A DNA stretch of 64,000 bases from Alphaproteobacteria bacterium (GCA_965227515.1 CBDDFZ010000001.1:544001-608000), one strand, 5' to 3'; counted from the stretch's first letter, positions 16,107 through 26,860 are shown. Numbers and translations: made by a program. The notes: generated from the sequence alone by a model not told the origin.

Positions 16107-16194
16107 AGCCCGGATGGAGCGAAGCACAATCCGGGGAAATGGCCACGGCTGGCGCGGAATTACCCCGGGTTCCACTGCGTTCCACCCGGGCTAC
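16107..16194. repeat. GTAG-type REP doublet (left unit interrupted by the IS)
   Basis: (GT)AGCCCGGATGGAGCGAAGCACAATCCGGG ... CCCGGGTTCCACTGCGTTCCACCCGGGCTAC. Confidence 0.85.
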
Positions 16195-16209
16195 GGAGAA
16201 ACATCGCCC

Positions 16210-17085
16210 TCAATTCAGTTTCGCGCGCAGTTGCTGGATCAGAGCGGCGGTCAGGTGGCGGCGCGACTGGCTGTCATCGCAGGCGAGCGATTCCTCCAGC
16301 GTCATGACGGCGGCGCGCAGATTGCCGAGTTCGGCATGCAACATCCCCATGTCGCGCCAGGCGAGCGGGTTCTGCGGGCCGATCCAGGTCATCGCCTCCA
16401 CCACGGCCAGCGCGTCCTCGAACCGGCGCTGGCGGATCAACCGCAGGCGCAAATTCTCCTGCAGCCGCATCAGGATGTCCCGGTTGCTCAGGGGCGCGTG
16501 GTGGGCCGGTTCCAGCTCCGCCTGCTCGCCCAGCGCCGCCTTCACCAACCGGCGCAAATCATGGGCTTCCAACAGATTGCCATTGTGGAACGGATCGACG
16601 ACAAGGCGCCCCTCCGCGCCGCTCAGCGCGATCAGGAAATGGCCGGGGAAGTTCATGCCGTCGGCCGGCCAGCCCTGGGCGCGGGCCACGTGCAAGTAGA
16701 TGATCGACAGCGCGACCGGCAGGCCCTTTCGCCGGTCGATCACCCGCAGCAGATTGGCATTCTGCAGGTCGTTATAGGTGTCCTGGTCGCCGCTGTAGCC
16801 ATTGGCCCCGGCGATCACCGCGCGCAGGGTTTCCACCCGTCCCGATAGCCCGTCAGCGCCTTTCAGCGCCACCGCCTCGGCCATCGCCTGCAAATGGCGG
16901 CGATAGTGGTCCAGGTCGGCGCCAGGCCGGGTGAGCAGGCCCAGGCGCAGCGCCACCTCGGTCAGGTCGACGTCCTCGTCGGTCTGGCCGCCGACGTCAC
17001 GCAGATACTGCTTGGTGTCCGTGTCGAGCACGCGGTTCCCGTGGCGGGCGCGCAGCTGTGTGACTCCGGCCGCGGCTTCCATCAC
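16210..17085 (-). CDS. SirB1/YchA family transglutaminase-like protein with C-terminal TPR
   Basis: VIDRRKGLPVALSIIY, GMNFPGHFL, VDPFHNG, ILMRLQENL. Confidence 0.85.
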   Translation of the reverse strand: MMEAAAGVTQLRARHGNRVLDTDTKQYLRDVGGQTDEDVDLTEVALRLGLLTRPGADLDHYRRHLQAMAEAVALKGADGLSGRVETLRAVIAGANGYSGDQDTYNDLQNANLLRVIDRRKGLPVALSIIYLHVARAQGWPADGMNFPGHFLIALSGAEGRLVVDPFHNGNLLEAHDLRRLVKAALGEQAELEPAHHAPLSNRDILMRLQENLRLRLIRQRRFEDALAVVEAMTWIGPQNPLAWRDMGMLHAELGNLRAAVMTLEESLACDDSQSRRHLTAALIQQLRAKLN

Positions 17086-17124
17086 GCGCCCGCTGCCGCC
17101 GGCCGGGCTATTGTGCCACTCCCG

Positions 17125-17778
17125 CTATTGCGCCGCCACCGTCGCGTGGCTGACCACCTCGCGCACATAGGGCACGTTGCGCGCATGGGCGATCACCCGC
17201 TCAGCCTCCCAGGAGCTGCGCGCCTGACCCATGATGTAGATGATCGCGTTGTGGGTCAGGATGCCGAAGTTCACCGCCTTGATCTCGTTGTCGAACAGCA
17301 GCTTGGACTCCATCCGGCTGGTGATGACGGTGTCCTGTGCCGTGTCGAGAAAGCCCGGGTCGCCGCCGACCGTGAGCTCGTCGATCACTTCGGCCACGCC
17401 CTCGACAGCCGCGGCCAGCGCAATCGCCTCCGCCCGGTCCGCCTCGGTCGCGACATTGCCGACCACCAGCACCCGCCCGTTGCGCACCAGGGTGCTCAGG
17501 TCCCAGAACGAGTCGGTGGCATGGTTCAGCCAGGCGTTGTTGACCTCCACCTGCAGGCCGGCGTCGCTCAGGGTGCCGTCGACGCCGCGGTACTCGGTGG
17601 CCGCCACCCCGGCTCGAGCCCCGGCGCCCAGCAGCATCGTGCCCGGGCCGCACGCGGCCAGGGGCGCGGTCACTGCGCTCAAAAATACCAGCAACAACAA
17701 TGATCGTTTCGCTGCCGAAACAACATTTGCCGTCGGGTGGGTCGAACGTCCTGTCGGCCGGCTGAATACGGTACGCAT
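17125..17778 (-). CDS. Dual-BON-domain lipoprotein (YraP/DolP-like)
   Basis: Lipobox LAAC, two BON repeats, adjacent to yraN. Confidence 0.85.
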   Translation of the reverse strand: MRTVFSRPTGRSTHPTANVVSAAKRSLLLLVFLSAVTAPLAACGPGTMLLGAGARAGVAATEYRGVDGTLSDAGLQVEVNNAWLNHATDSFWDLSTLVRNGRVLVVGNVATEADRAEAIALAAAVEGVAEVIDELTVGGDPGFLDTAQDTVITSRMESKLLFDNEIKAVNFGILTHNAIIYIMGQARSSWEAERVIAHARNVPYVREVVSHATVAAQ

Positions 17779-17791
17779 GGTTTTGGACCCT

Positions 17792-18187
17792 TCATCGCGA
17801 CTCGGGGCGCCATGCATCCACAATATGCCGGGGCAGCCGCCAAGGCGACATGGCGACCACGTCGAAGCGGATGTCGTGGCCGGCCAGCGCAGGCCGGCGG
17901 GCGACATAGCCGCTGGCGGCACGCTCGATGCGCTGCCGCTGCCGGGCGAGCAGCGCACCGGCGGCGGCATCCGTCTCGCCGCGCTGCTTCACCTCCACGA
18001 ACGCCACCACCCGCCCCCGGCGCGCGACGATATCGATCTGGCCGAGGGATGAACGCACGTCGCGCTCGACGATGGCGTAGCCGCGCAACCGCAGCCACAG
18101 CGCCGCCAACGCCTCGGCCCGCAAGCCCCGGCGCTGCGCCCGGACCTGGCGCTGGCGCCGGTCAGCGCCGCGGTTGTCCCTTGTCAT
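17792..18187 (-). CDS. yraN: YraN family putative endonuclease
   Basis: GLRAEALA, GQIDIVA, FVEVKQR, RFDVV, HIVDAW. Confidence 0.9.
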   Translation of the reverse strand: MTRDNRGADRRQRQVRAQRRGLRAEALAALWLRLRGYAIVERDVRSSLGQIDIVARRGRVVAFVEVKQRGETDAAAGALLARQRQRIERAASGYVARRPALAGHDIRFDVVAMSPWRLPRHIVDAWRPESR

Positions 18188-18190
18188 CGT

Positions 18191-19105
18191 TCAACGCGCA
18201 TCGTCATCGCCCGACAGGGCCAGCGCCCGCCGATAGACCTGCCGCCGCGGCAGGTTCATGGCGCCCGCCACCGCGTCGACCGCATCGCGCAGCGACATCG
18301 ATGCCAATGCCGCCTTCAGCGCATCGCCGACACCGGTCTCGTCCGGCGCGTCGCCGGCATTGGCCGCGCCCGGCCCGATCACGAGCACGATCTCGCCCTT
18401 GGGCGCCGGTGCCGCGCCGAAGCGCGCGGCGAGCTCGGCCACCGTGCCCGTTTCCACCGTCTCGTGCAGCTTGGTGAGCTCGCGGCAAACCGCGGCGTCG
18501 CGCGGCCCGAATACCGTTGCCAGCGCCGCCAGGGTGGCGGCGATCCGATGCACCGACTCGAACAGCACGAGTGTGCCGGGCACACCCGCCAGGCCAGCGA
18601 TCGCCTGGCCCCGCGCGCCTGGCTTGGCCGGCAGGAAGCCTGCGAAGTGGAAGGCGTCGGTCGGCAGCCCGGCCACGCAGAGTGCCGCCATCACCGACGA
18701 CGCGCCGGGTGCCACATGAACGGGCGTACCCTGGGCGCGGGCATCGGCGACCAGGCGGTAACCGGGATCGCTGATCAGCGGCGTGCCGGCATCGCTGACC
18801 AGCGCCACCACTTGCCCCTCCGCCAACGCCGCGAGCAGGCGCGGTCGCACTTTCGCCGCATTATGATCGTGATAGGACGTGGTGCGCGTCGCAACGCCGT
18901 AGCGATCCAGCAGGCGGCGGGTGACGCGCGTGTCTTCGCAGGCAACGAGGTCGGCCCCGTTGAGCACGTCCAGCGCCTTCAACGTGATATCGCCCAGATC
19001 GCCGATCGGCGTCGCCACCACATGCAGGCCCGGCGCCGGCGGGCGCCCCGCCGATGGCCAGTTTGCGGGCACCGGCGCGGCTGTGGTGGGTCGTTTACTT
19101 CGCAT
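18191..19105 (-). CDS. rsmI: 16S rRNA C1402 2'-O-methyltransferase RsmI
   Basis: VATPIGDLGDIT, CEDTR, SDAGTPLISDPG, RELTKLHE; start estimated. Confidence 0.95.
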   Translation of the reverse strand: MRSKRPTTAAPVPANWPSAGRPPAPGLHVVATPIGDLGDITLKALDVLNGADLVACEDTRVTRRLLDRYGVATRTTSYHDHNAAKVRPRLLAALAEGQVVALVSDAGTPLISDPGYRLVADARAQGTPVHVAPGASSVMAALCVAGLPTDAFHFAGFLPAKPGARGQAIAGLAGVPGTLVLFESVHRIAATLAALATVFGPRDAAVCRELTKLHETVETGTVAELAARFGAAPAPKGEIVLVIGPGAANAGDAPDETGVGDALKAALASMSLRDAVDAVAGAMNLPRRQVYRRALALSGDDDAR

Positions 19106-19279
19106 GCCGGCCTGGGTAGTTTGCGGGACCGAAAAATCACTCGACGGTCCGTCGGGTGGCGCAAGCATAAATGACGGCGCCATGGCTGGCGACAATGGCC
19201 ACCGCGGCAAGGCGGTAAGGCGATGCCAGAATGGGGTCCAAAAAAGCGGAATCAGGAAGATGAGCGAAAGGGGATGCGC

Positions 19280-20500
19280 ATGACTGGCCAGTTGGCACGA
19301 AATAACGAGGCACGGATCTCTGGAAAGAAGGCAGCCGGCTTGCTGGGCCGCGCCGCAGTTGTACTGGCGACGGCGGGCCTGCTCGCCGCCTGTGGCGCGA
19401 CACAACGGGCCGCCACGCCGCAATTCGGTACCGGTCCGACCGGGCCAGTGGTTGGGCCGGTCCAGACGGCCGCGCCGAACGTCGACGGCCAGGTGACGGT
19501 GGCGATCCTGCTGCCGCTTTCCGGGCCCGACGCCTCGCTTGGCCAGACCATGCTGAACGCTGCCCAGATGGCCGCGGTGGAGACCGGCGGCCAGAACTTC
19601 GTGCTGATCGCCAAGGACACCGGCGGCACGCCCACCGGCGCCACCGCCGCCGCCCAGGCCGCCATTGCCGAGCGCGCGGACCTGATCGTCGGCCCGCTGC
19701 GCGCCGAATCGGTTGCCGCCGTCGGCCCCATCGCCGCCTCTGCCGGCATCAACGTCATCGGCTTCACCTCGGACACCAGCGTGGCCGGCCCCAACGTCTT
19801 CGTCATGGGCTACACCCCGGAAGAGCAGGTCGACCGCATCCTGGCCTATACGGCACGCCAAGGCACCTCGGTAGTCGCCGCCCTGGTGCCGAACAGCCGC
19901 TATGGCAGCGTGGCCATGTCGGCGATGCAGGCGTCCGCCGGCCGCTACGGCGTGGGCGTCGGCACCGTCCAGACCTACGACCAGAGCCAACCCGACCATC
20001 GCGCCTCGGTGGAGCCGCTGCAAAGCGGCGGGTTCGATGCCCTGATGATCCCCGATTCCGGCGGCAGCCTGCAGCGCATCCTGGCGTTCGTCGGCTACTA
20101 CAACATCAACACCCAGGCGCAGATTCTGGGCACCAGCACCTGGTACGACAGCTCGACCCTCAGCGAGCCGGCGTCGGTCGGCGCCATCTTCGCCGGCGTC
20201 GACACCACGTTGCTCGCGAACTTCGAGGCCAAGTATTCCGGCGCCTATGGCGGCCAGCCGCCGCTGGTGGCCGGCCTCGCCTACGATGCGGTGGGCCTCG
20301 CCGCCAGCCTGGGCCGCAATCCCGAGGAGCAGGCCTTCGACCGCAACAACATCGCCAACCCGAACGGTTTCGGCGGTGTACTAGGCGCATTCCGCTTCGG
20401 CGGCAATGGCGTCGCCGAGCACGGCCTGGCGGTGCTGCGGGTGGAGCAGAACGGCTTCAGCGTCATCGATCCGGCACCGGGCAGCTTCATCGGGTTTTAA
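19280..20500 (+). CDS. LpoA/LppC-like penicillin-binding protein activator lipoprotein
   Basis: Lipobox LAAC, AILLPLSG, IVGPL, LAYDAV, GFGGVLGAFRF; divergent from rsmI. Confidence 0.8.
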   Translation: MTGQLARNNEARISGKKAAGLLGRAAVVLATAGLLAACGATQRAATPQFGTGPTGPVVGPVQTAAPNVDGQVTVAILLPLSGPDASLGQTMLNAAQMAAVETGGQNFVLIAKDTGGTPTGATAAAQAAIAERADLIVGPLRAESVAAVGPIAASAGINVIGFTSDTSVAGPNVFVMGYTPEEQVDRILAYTARQGTSVVAALVPNSRYGSVAMSAMQASAGRYGVGVGTVQTYDQSQPDHRASVEPLQSGGFDALMIPDSGGSLQRILAFVGYYNINTQAQILGTSTWYDSSTLSEPASVGAIFAGVDTTLLANFEAKYSGAYGGQPPLVAGLAYDAVGLAASLGRNPEEQAFDRNNIANPNGFGGVLGAFRFGGNGVAEHGLAVLRVEQNGFSVIDPAPGSFIGF

Positions 20501-20527
20501 TTAGGACTCAGCTCACGCTGATCGGCT

Positions 20528-20597
20528 CCAGCCCTCTCCCCCACCCGGCCACCCACAGGATACTGTCGTTGGGCGGCCGGGTGGGGGAGAGGGCTGG
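20528..20597. repeat. Long hairpin repeat between convergent genes; copy 1
   Basis: CCAGCCCTCTCCCCCACCCGGCC...GGCCGGGTGGGGGAGAGGGCTGG; second copy at 26886-26962. Confidence 0.85.
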
Positions 20598-20615
20598 CGC
20601 AGACTTGTTTGGAAC

Positions 20616-21803
20616 CTAACTCAGAAGATAACCCAGGACCGCATTGAGGCGGCGCGCGCCCTGCGCCGTGGCGCGGACGTGCGTGCCGTCGCAGTGGAGA
20701 TCGCCTGACCCGACCATCGCGTCGAGCCGGCTCGGAGGGATCAACGGGCTGTCCACGCCAGCCTCGATCGCGGCCAGATCCACCCCTTCGGTGAGCCTGA
20801 GCCCCATCATCAGCCGCTCTTCCGCCAGCATGCGGGGCTCAAGCGGGTCGCAGGCCCGCATGCCGTGGCCGTTGGCGGCCACCGCCTTCTGCCATGCCTC
20901 CGGCGCGCGTATGTTCTCGGTGGCCCGCCGGCCGCGGTCCCCGTGTGGCAATCGCCCATGCGCCCCCGGCCCGACGCCGACATAGGGGGCGTGGCGCCAG
21001 TAGGTCAGATTATGACAACATTCCTGACCTGCCCGCGCGTGGTTGGAGGTTTCATAGGCCGGCAGCCCCGCCTCTGAGGTCATCACCGCGGTCAGATCGA
21101 ACAACGCCGCCCCGGCATCGTCGTCCAGCGGGCTCAATTCGCCGCGCGCAACAGCGCGGGCAAACCCGGTGCCGGGCTCGATGGTGAGCTGGTAGAGCGA
21201 CAAATGTCCCGCGCCCACCGCCAGCGCATCCGACAGCGCCGCACGCCACGACGCCGGCGACTGGCCCGGCAACGCATAGATCATGTCGAAGCTGAAGCGT
21301 GGGAACCGTCGCGCCGCCATCTCTACCGCCGCCCGCGCCTCCGCCGCGCTGTGACGCCGGCCCAGAAACGCGAGCGTGTCGTCATCGAACGACTGCACGC
21401 CGATGGAGACCCGATTGACCCCGGCAGCGGCGAAATCGGCAAACCGGCCGGCCTCTGCGGAGCCTGGATTTGCCTCCACCGTAACCTCCACAATTGGATC
21501 GACGGACCATAGTTCCGCCACCGCGTCGATCACCGCCCCGGCCGCCTTACCGCTCATCAACGATGGCGTGCCACCCCCAAAAAAGATGCTCGTGACCCTA
21601 TTATTCTGGGTCTCATACGCAAAATAGGCCAATTCACGCCGAATGGCCGCGACCCAGGCCGCCTCATCGAAAGCGTCGCGCACGTGGCTGTTGAAGTCGC
21701 AGTAGGGGCACTTGGAGGCGCAATAGGGCCAGTGCACATAGATGCCGAACAGCGCGTCGGCCGCGTCGACGGACGGCCTGACTTGGTAGTCCCCTGTTGG
21801 CAT
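20616..21803 (-). CDS. hemW: Radical SAM heme chaperone HemW
   Basis: YVHWPYCASKCPYCDFN, GGGTPS, HNLTYW; start estimated. Confidence 0.93.
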   Translation of the reverse strand: MPTGDYQVRPSVDAADALFGIYVHWPYCASKCPYCDFNSHVRDAFDEAAWVAAIRRELAYFAYETQNNRVTSIFFGGGTPSLMSGKAAGAVIDAVAELWSVDPIVEVTVEANPGSAEAGRFADFAAAGVNRVSIGVQSFDDDTLAFLGRRHSAAEARAAVEMAARRFPRFSFDMIYALPGQSPASWRAALSDALAVGAGHLSLYQLTIEPGTGFARAVARGELSPLDDDAGAALFDLTAVMTSEAGLPAYETSNHARAGQECCHNLTYWRHAPYVGVGPGAHGRLPHGDRGRRATENIRAPEAWQKAVAANGHGMRACDPLEPRMLAEERLMMGLRLTEGVDLAAIEAGVDSPLIPPSRLDAMVGSGDLHCDGTHVRATAQGARRLNAVLGYLLS

Positions 21804-21839
21804 TGACCCGGATTGGTCCATTCGTTTCAGGCCGGGGTC

Positions 21840-23246
21840 TCAGGCAACGGCGCGCGATGCCGGTGGGTCCTCGACCCGCTCCGCCGGGAAGTGGATCGTC
21901 GCGGTCGTGCCGCTGCCGGGCGCACTCACCATCGACAGATGGCCGCCATGCAGCTCGACCAGCTGCTTCACCAGCGGCAGGCCCAGGCCGGTGCCCTGCA
22001 CCTGCTTGTTATAGACGTCGCCGACCTGGACGAACGGCAGCATCGCCTGGTTCAGTTCATGCGGGGTCATGCCGGTACCGGTGTCGGCAACCGAAAGCGT
22101 CAGGCCGCCGTCCGTGTCGCGCGCGTAGGCGACCCGCACGCGCCCGCCGCGCGGTGTGAACTTCATCGCGTTCGACATCAGGTTGATCAGGATCTGGCGC
22201 ATCCGGCGCTCATCGGCGCGCACGCAAATATCGGGAACAGTCGCGTCGGGCCAGTCCACGGCCACCCCGGCCTGGCCGGCCGCCGGCGCCAGCAACTGGA
22301 TGCAGGCCTTGATCGATGCATGCAAGCTGACCTTTTCCTCATGCAGGTTCAACTGACCGGCCTCCGCCTTGGAGAGGTCGAGCAGGTCGTTGATCAGGTC
22401 GAGCAGGTGGGTGCCGCTTTCATGGATCATGCCGGCATATTCGGTCTGCCGGCGCGTCGGCTCCTTGCCCAGGATGCCGAGCTTGATCATTTCGGAGAAG
22501 CCGATCACGGCGTTCAGCGGCGTGCGCAGTTCGTGGCTGACATTGGCCAGAAAGGCCGACTTCGCCTCATTGGCCAGTTCGGCCGTGTCGCGGGCGGCAC
22601 GCAGGTTTTCGGCCAATGCCGCGCGTTCGAATCGCAGCCAAACCGCATCCCTTTGGCTCTTGTGGTGCTCCAGCCCGACCTTGATCAGATAGACCAGATA
22701 GCAGAGCACCAGCACTTCCAGCGCCACCATCGTCTCGCCGCCGACCATGGCGCAGCCGACCAGCAGCTCCGCCAGCGTCAGCGTGGGGACCACCAGAACG
22801 CCGATCTTCTGCGTCGATACCTGGATGATCGACGCACCGACCAGGCCAGTGATGGCACAGGCCACGAAAGCCTGCCCGATGGGGTCTAGCTGGTACATGA
22901 ACAACGGCGCCAGGCTGCCCCAGGCCCCCATCGTCACGGCCATGCTGACGAAGTAGTACCATCCCCAGCGTGGATAGTGTTCCAGCGGCGGCCGCTTCAG
23001 CTTCCATTTCAGCAGCAACGCCGACCGCACGAGCAGCACGGCAACCATGGCCCCGGCCCAGATCCAGGGGTCTGGACCGGCAATACGGGTTTGCAGCGCG
23101 TATAGGAGGGCCGCCAGAATAATCGGCGTCAGAACGGTGGAGGTGGCCACCATGCGCCAGGCATTGGCGACCAACTCGGCGTCTGTGCGTGCCGCAAGCG
23201 TGGCGGCACTGCTGCCACCATCCGTCGCTCTGGCTTGATCTCGCAA
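21840..23246 (-). CDS. Membrane-bound sensor histidine kinase, PleC/DivJ (PdhS)-like
   Basis: About 5-6 TM segments, KSAFLANVSHELRTPLNAVIGFSE H-box, QILINLMSNAMKFT, GTGLGL. Confidence 0.88.
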   Translation of the reverse strand: MRDQARATDGGSSAATLAARTDAELVANAWRMVATSTVLTPIILAALLYALQTRIAGPDPWIWAGAMVAVLLVRSALLLKWKLKRPPLEHYPRWGWYYFVSMAVTMGAWGSLAPLFMYQLDPIGQAFVACAITGLVGASIIQVSTQKIGVLVVPTLTLAELLVGCAMVGGETMVALEVLVLCYLVYLIKVGLEHHKSQRDAVWLRFERAALAENLRAARDTAELANEAKSAFLANVSHELRTPLNAVIGFSEMIKLGILGKEPTRRQTEYAGMIHESGTHLLDLINDLLDLSKAEAGQLNLHEEKVSLHASIKACIQLLAPAAGQAGVAVDWPDATVPDICVRADERRMRQILINLMSNAMKFTPRGGRVRVAYARDTDGGLTLSVADTGTGMTPHELNQAMLPFVQVGDVYNKQVQGTGLGLPLVKQLVELHGGHLSMVSAPGSGTTATIHFPAERVEDPPASRAVA

Positions 23247-23391
23247 AGGCCGCCTCCATCAACCGAACTGCCGCCGCCGCGCGGCGCCAGCACAATCGTG
23301 GCGGATTATTACCAAACCGACCGTAACCTAATCCCAAACGCGCGTCACGATGTGCGCTACCGCCGGTAGGCTGGCCGATCTACAGCTTCAA

Positions 23392-24029
23392 TCAGCCGTC
23401 GATCAGGCGATCCAGCAGGCGCCGCAACGCGATGGCACGATGGCTGTAGCGCGCCTTGTCCTCGCCCGGCATCTCGCCGAAGGTGCGCTCATCGCCGTCG
23501 GGCACGAACATCGGGTCGTAGCCGAAGCCATGCGGCCCGCGGGGCGGCCAGACCAGCGTGCCGTCGACCCGGCCGTCGACCACGATCTCGCCTTCCGCGC
23601 CCGAAAGCCCTGGCCATTGCAGTACGACAACGGAGATGAAATGGGCGCGCCACTTGTCCGGCCCATCGCCGTCCGTTGCCGCGACCCGCTCGTTGAGCTT
23701 GGCCATCGCCATGCCGAAATCGCGTTCCGGGCCGGCCCAGCGGGCGGAATGGATGCCGGGCGCGCCGTCCAGCGCCGGCACCACCAATCCCGAATCGTCG
23801 CCGATTGAGGGCTTGCCGGACAGGTCGGCCGACGACTGCGCCTTGATGCGGGCGTTGTCGACGAACGAATCCCCGGTTTCCTCCGGTTCAGGCAAGCCGA
23901 GCGCGCCGGCGCTGTCCACCGAAACGCCCCAGGGCGCCACCAGCTCGCGCATCTCGGCCAGCTTGCCCGGGTTGTGGGTCGCCAGCACCAGGCCGCCGGC
24001 CAGCGCATCGGTCCAGGAGCCCGGCGCCA

Positions 24030-24033
<4 letters not shown>
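23392..24033 (-). CDS. rdgB: dITP/XTP pyrophosphatase RdgB
   Basis: [25 protein letters not shown]. Confidence 0.95.
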
Positions 24034-24785
<752 letters not shown>

Positions 24786-24883
24786 AACCCTCTCTATCCT
24801 GATGAATCCGGTGCGGCATACCAGCCGGCTCCGGCCGCGCAACCGTCATCCCCACGCTGCGCGAACCACGGGCCGACCGCAGC

Positions 24884-24913
24884 GTTGACGCTGGCCGGCA
24901 CGAACCTTACATA
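24884..24913 (+). promoter_or_regulatory. Putative RpoH-type promoter of hrcA-grpE
   Basis: GTTG-N17-CCTTACATA, similar to the motif upstream of dnaK. Confidence 0.4.
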
Positions 24914-25048
24914 CCGCCAAGCCTTCCGGCCACCGCCCGCTTGGGTGGGCGGCGCGCCGAAGCGGCCATTCGATACGCGGGGTGGAGACCAACTGCAAGC
25001 ATGGCGACCGGTGGCAATCGTGGCGACCCGACGCAGGCGACCAATCCG

Positions 25049-26119
25049 ATGAAGGGGTTGGATCGGCGCGCGCGCGACGTGCTGCGCCATGTCGTCGACG
25101 CGTTCGTGGAGACCGGGGGGCCGGTCGGCTCGCGCAGCATCTCGCGCCACATGTCGCTGTCGCTGTCGCCGGCAACGATTCGCAACGTGATGGCCGACCT
25201 GGAGGACGCTGGCCTGCTCTATGCGCCGCACACGTCCGCCGGGCGGCTGCCGACCGACGCCGGGCTGCGGCTGTTCGTCGACGGTATCCTGCAGGTCGGC
25301 GAATTGTCGGACACCGAGCGCCGCAGCATCGAGAGCAGTTGCCGGATCGAGAACCGCAACGTGCAGCGGGTGCTGGAAGCCGCCACCGACACCATGTCTG
25401 GCCTGGCCGCGTGCGCCGGCCTGGTGGTGGCGCCGAAGTCCGACGCGCCGCTGAAGCACATCGAATTCGTCAACTTGGCGCCGGGGCGGGCCCTGGTGGT
25501 GCTGGTCACCGGCGACAACCAGGTCGAGAACCGCGTGATCGAGGTGCCGGTGGGCCTGCCGCCCTCCAGCCTGGTGGAGGCGACCAACTTCCTGAGCGCC
25601 CAACTGGTCGGGCGCACGCTGTCGGAGGCGCGCACCGCGATCGAGCAGGAGCTGTCGACCCAGCGCGCCGAGTTGGACGCGCTGACCAAGCGGGTGGTCG
25701 CCGCCGGCCTGGCAAGCTGGACCGACGACGGCTCCGACGACGGCCTGCTGATCGTGCGCGGCCAGTCCAACCTGCTGGCCGACGTCAGCGCGGCGGAGGA
25801 TCTGACCCGCATCCGCACCCTGTTCTCGGCCCTGGAGCGCAAGCGCACAATGCTGCAGCTCATCGACTCGGCCGGGTCGGCGGATGGCGTGCAAATCTTC
25901 ATCGGCGCCGAAAGCGACCTGTTCGACCACACCGGCTGCTCGCTGGTGATCGCGCCGTTCCGCGACAGCCAGGAAAAGGTGGTCGGCGCTGTCGGGGTCA
26001 TCGGCCCCACGCGCATCAACTACGCCCGCATCATCCCGGTCGTCGACTACACCGCCCAGGTCATCGGGCGGATGTTGCCCGGAAGCGGCATCTCGGCCAC
26101 CGATCAGGTCGATAGCTAA
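25049..26119 (+). CDS. hrcA: Heat-inducible transcription repressor HrcA
   Basis: PVGSR, SPATIRNVMADLE, PHTSAGRLPT, GVIGPTRINY; start could be 25001. Confidence 0.96.
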   Translation: MKGLDRRARDVLRHVVDAFVETGGPVGSRSISRHMSLSLSPATIRNVMADLEDAGLLYAPHTSAGRLPTDAGLRLFVDGILQVGELSDTERRSIESSCRIENRNVQRVLEAATDTMSGLAACAGLVVAPKSDAPLKHIEFVNLAPGRALVVLVTGDNQVENRVIEVPVGLPPSSLVEATNFLSAQLVGRTLSEARTAIEQELSTQRAELDALTKRVVAAGLASWTDDGSDDGLLIVRGQSNLLADVSAAEDLTRIRTLFSALERKRTMLQLIDSAGSADGVQIFIGAESDLFDHTGCSLVIAPFRDSQEKVVGAVGVIGPTRINYARIIPVVDYTAQVIGRMLPGSGISATDQVDS

Positions 26120-26185
26120 TCAACTTGGCATCATGCCTATAATTCTCGTCACGAATGTAAATATCATCGAACCGACGGAGCAGTA

Positions 26186-26860
26186 ATGAGCGACCCCAAG
26201 CGACCGGACAGCACAGAGGGCACCTGGCCGCACGACGACGGCGGCGTCTCCGGCGCACCTGGCGCGGAGCACGCAGCCGACACCCCGCCGCCCGAAGGTG
26301 ACCCAGGCGACGACCCGGCTGCCAACGACCCCAGCGATATCGGCGGCGACGACGTGCTCGCGGCATTGCAGGCGGAAAACGCGCAACTGCGCGACCACGT
26401 CGTGCGCACGCTCGCCGACATGGAGAACCTGCGCAAGCGCACCGACCGCGAGAAGGACGATGCGCGCAAATACGCCGTCAGCGGCTTCGCCAAGGATCTG
26501 CTGACCGTCGCGGACAATCTGGAGCGCGCGCTCGCCGCAATGCCGAGCGGCGACGATCCGCAGGCCCAGGCCGCCAAGCCGTTGGCCGAGGGCGTGGAGG
26601 CGGTGCAGCGCGAACTGATGGCCGCGTTCGAACGCAATGGCGTGCAGCGGATCGAGGCGCTGGGCGAACCGTTCGACAGCAATTTGCACGAAGCGGTGAT
26701 GCAGGCGCCCTCCGCCGACTACCCGCCGGGCACCGTGTCCCAGGACCTGCGCACCGGCTACACCCTGCACGGGCGGCTGTTGCGCGCGACCATGGTGGCA
26801 GTGGCGACCGCACCGGCCGGTGGCGCCGCAGCCGACGACGGGGTCGACAAGACGGTCTAG
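26186..26860 (+). CDS. grpE: Nucleotide exchange factor GrpE
   Basis: ADMENLRKR, DNLERAL, FDSNLHEAV, GYTLHGRLLRA. Confidence 0.96.
   Translation: MSDPKRPDSTEGTWPHDDGGVSGAPGAEHAADTPPPEGDPGDDPAANDPSDIGGDDVLAALQAENAQLRDHVVRTLADMENLRKRTDREKDDARKYAVSGFAKDLLTVADNLERALAAMPSGDDPQAQAAKPLAEGVEAVQRELMAAFERNGVQRIEALGEPFDSNLHEAVMQAPSADYPPGTVSQDLRTGYTLHGRLLRATMVAVATAPAGGAAADDGVDKTV

Larger units (their letters stand above)
14689..16108 (+). mobile_element. IS110-family (IS1111-type) insertion sequence, ~1.42 kb
   Basis: AG core at both ends (14687-88, 16107-08); imperfect sub-terminal inverted repeats TAACGGCCCTTGTT (14695-14708) / AACAATGGCCCGTTA (16088-16102); short left end, long right end; removal restores GTAGCCCGGATGG REP. 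Confidence 0.88.

Noticed and set aside
23305-23332. CtrA box upstream of the PleC/DivJ-like kinase
   Set aside because: Half-sites TTAC/GTAAC are 10 bp apart rather than 7
26120-26185. CIRCE in the AT-rich hrcA-grpE spacer
   Set aside because: Only a TTGGCA half-like sequence; no second arm
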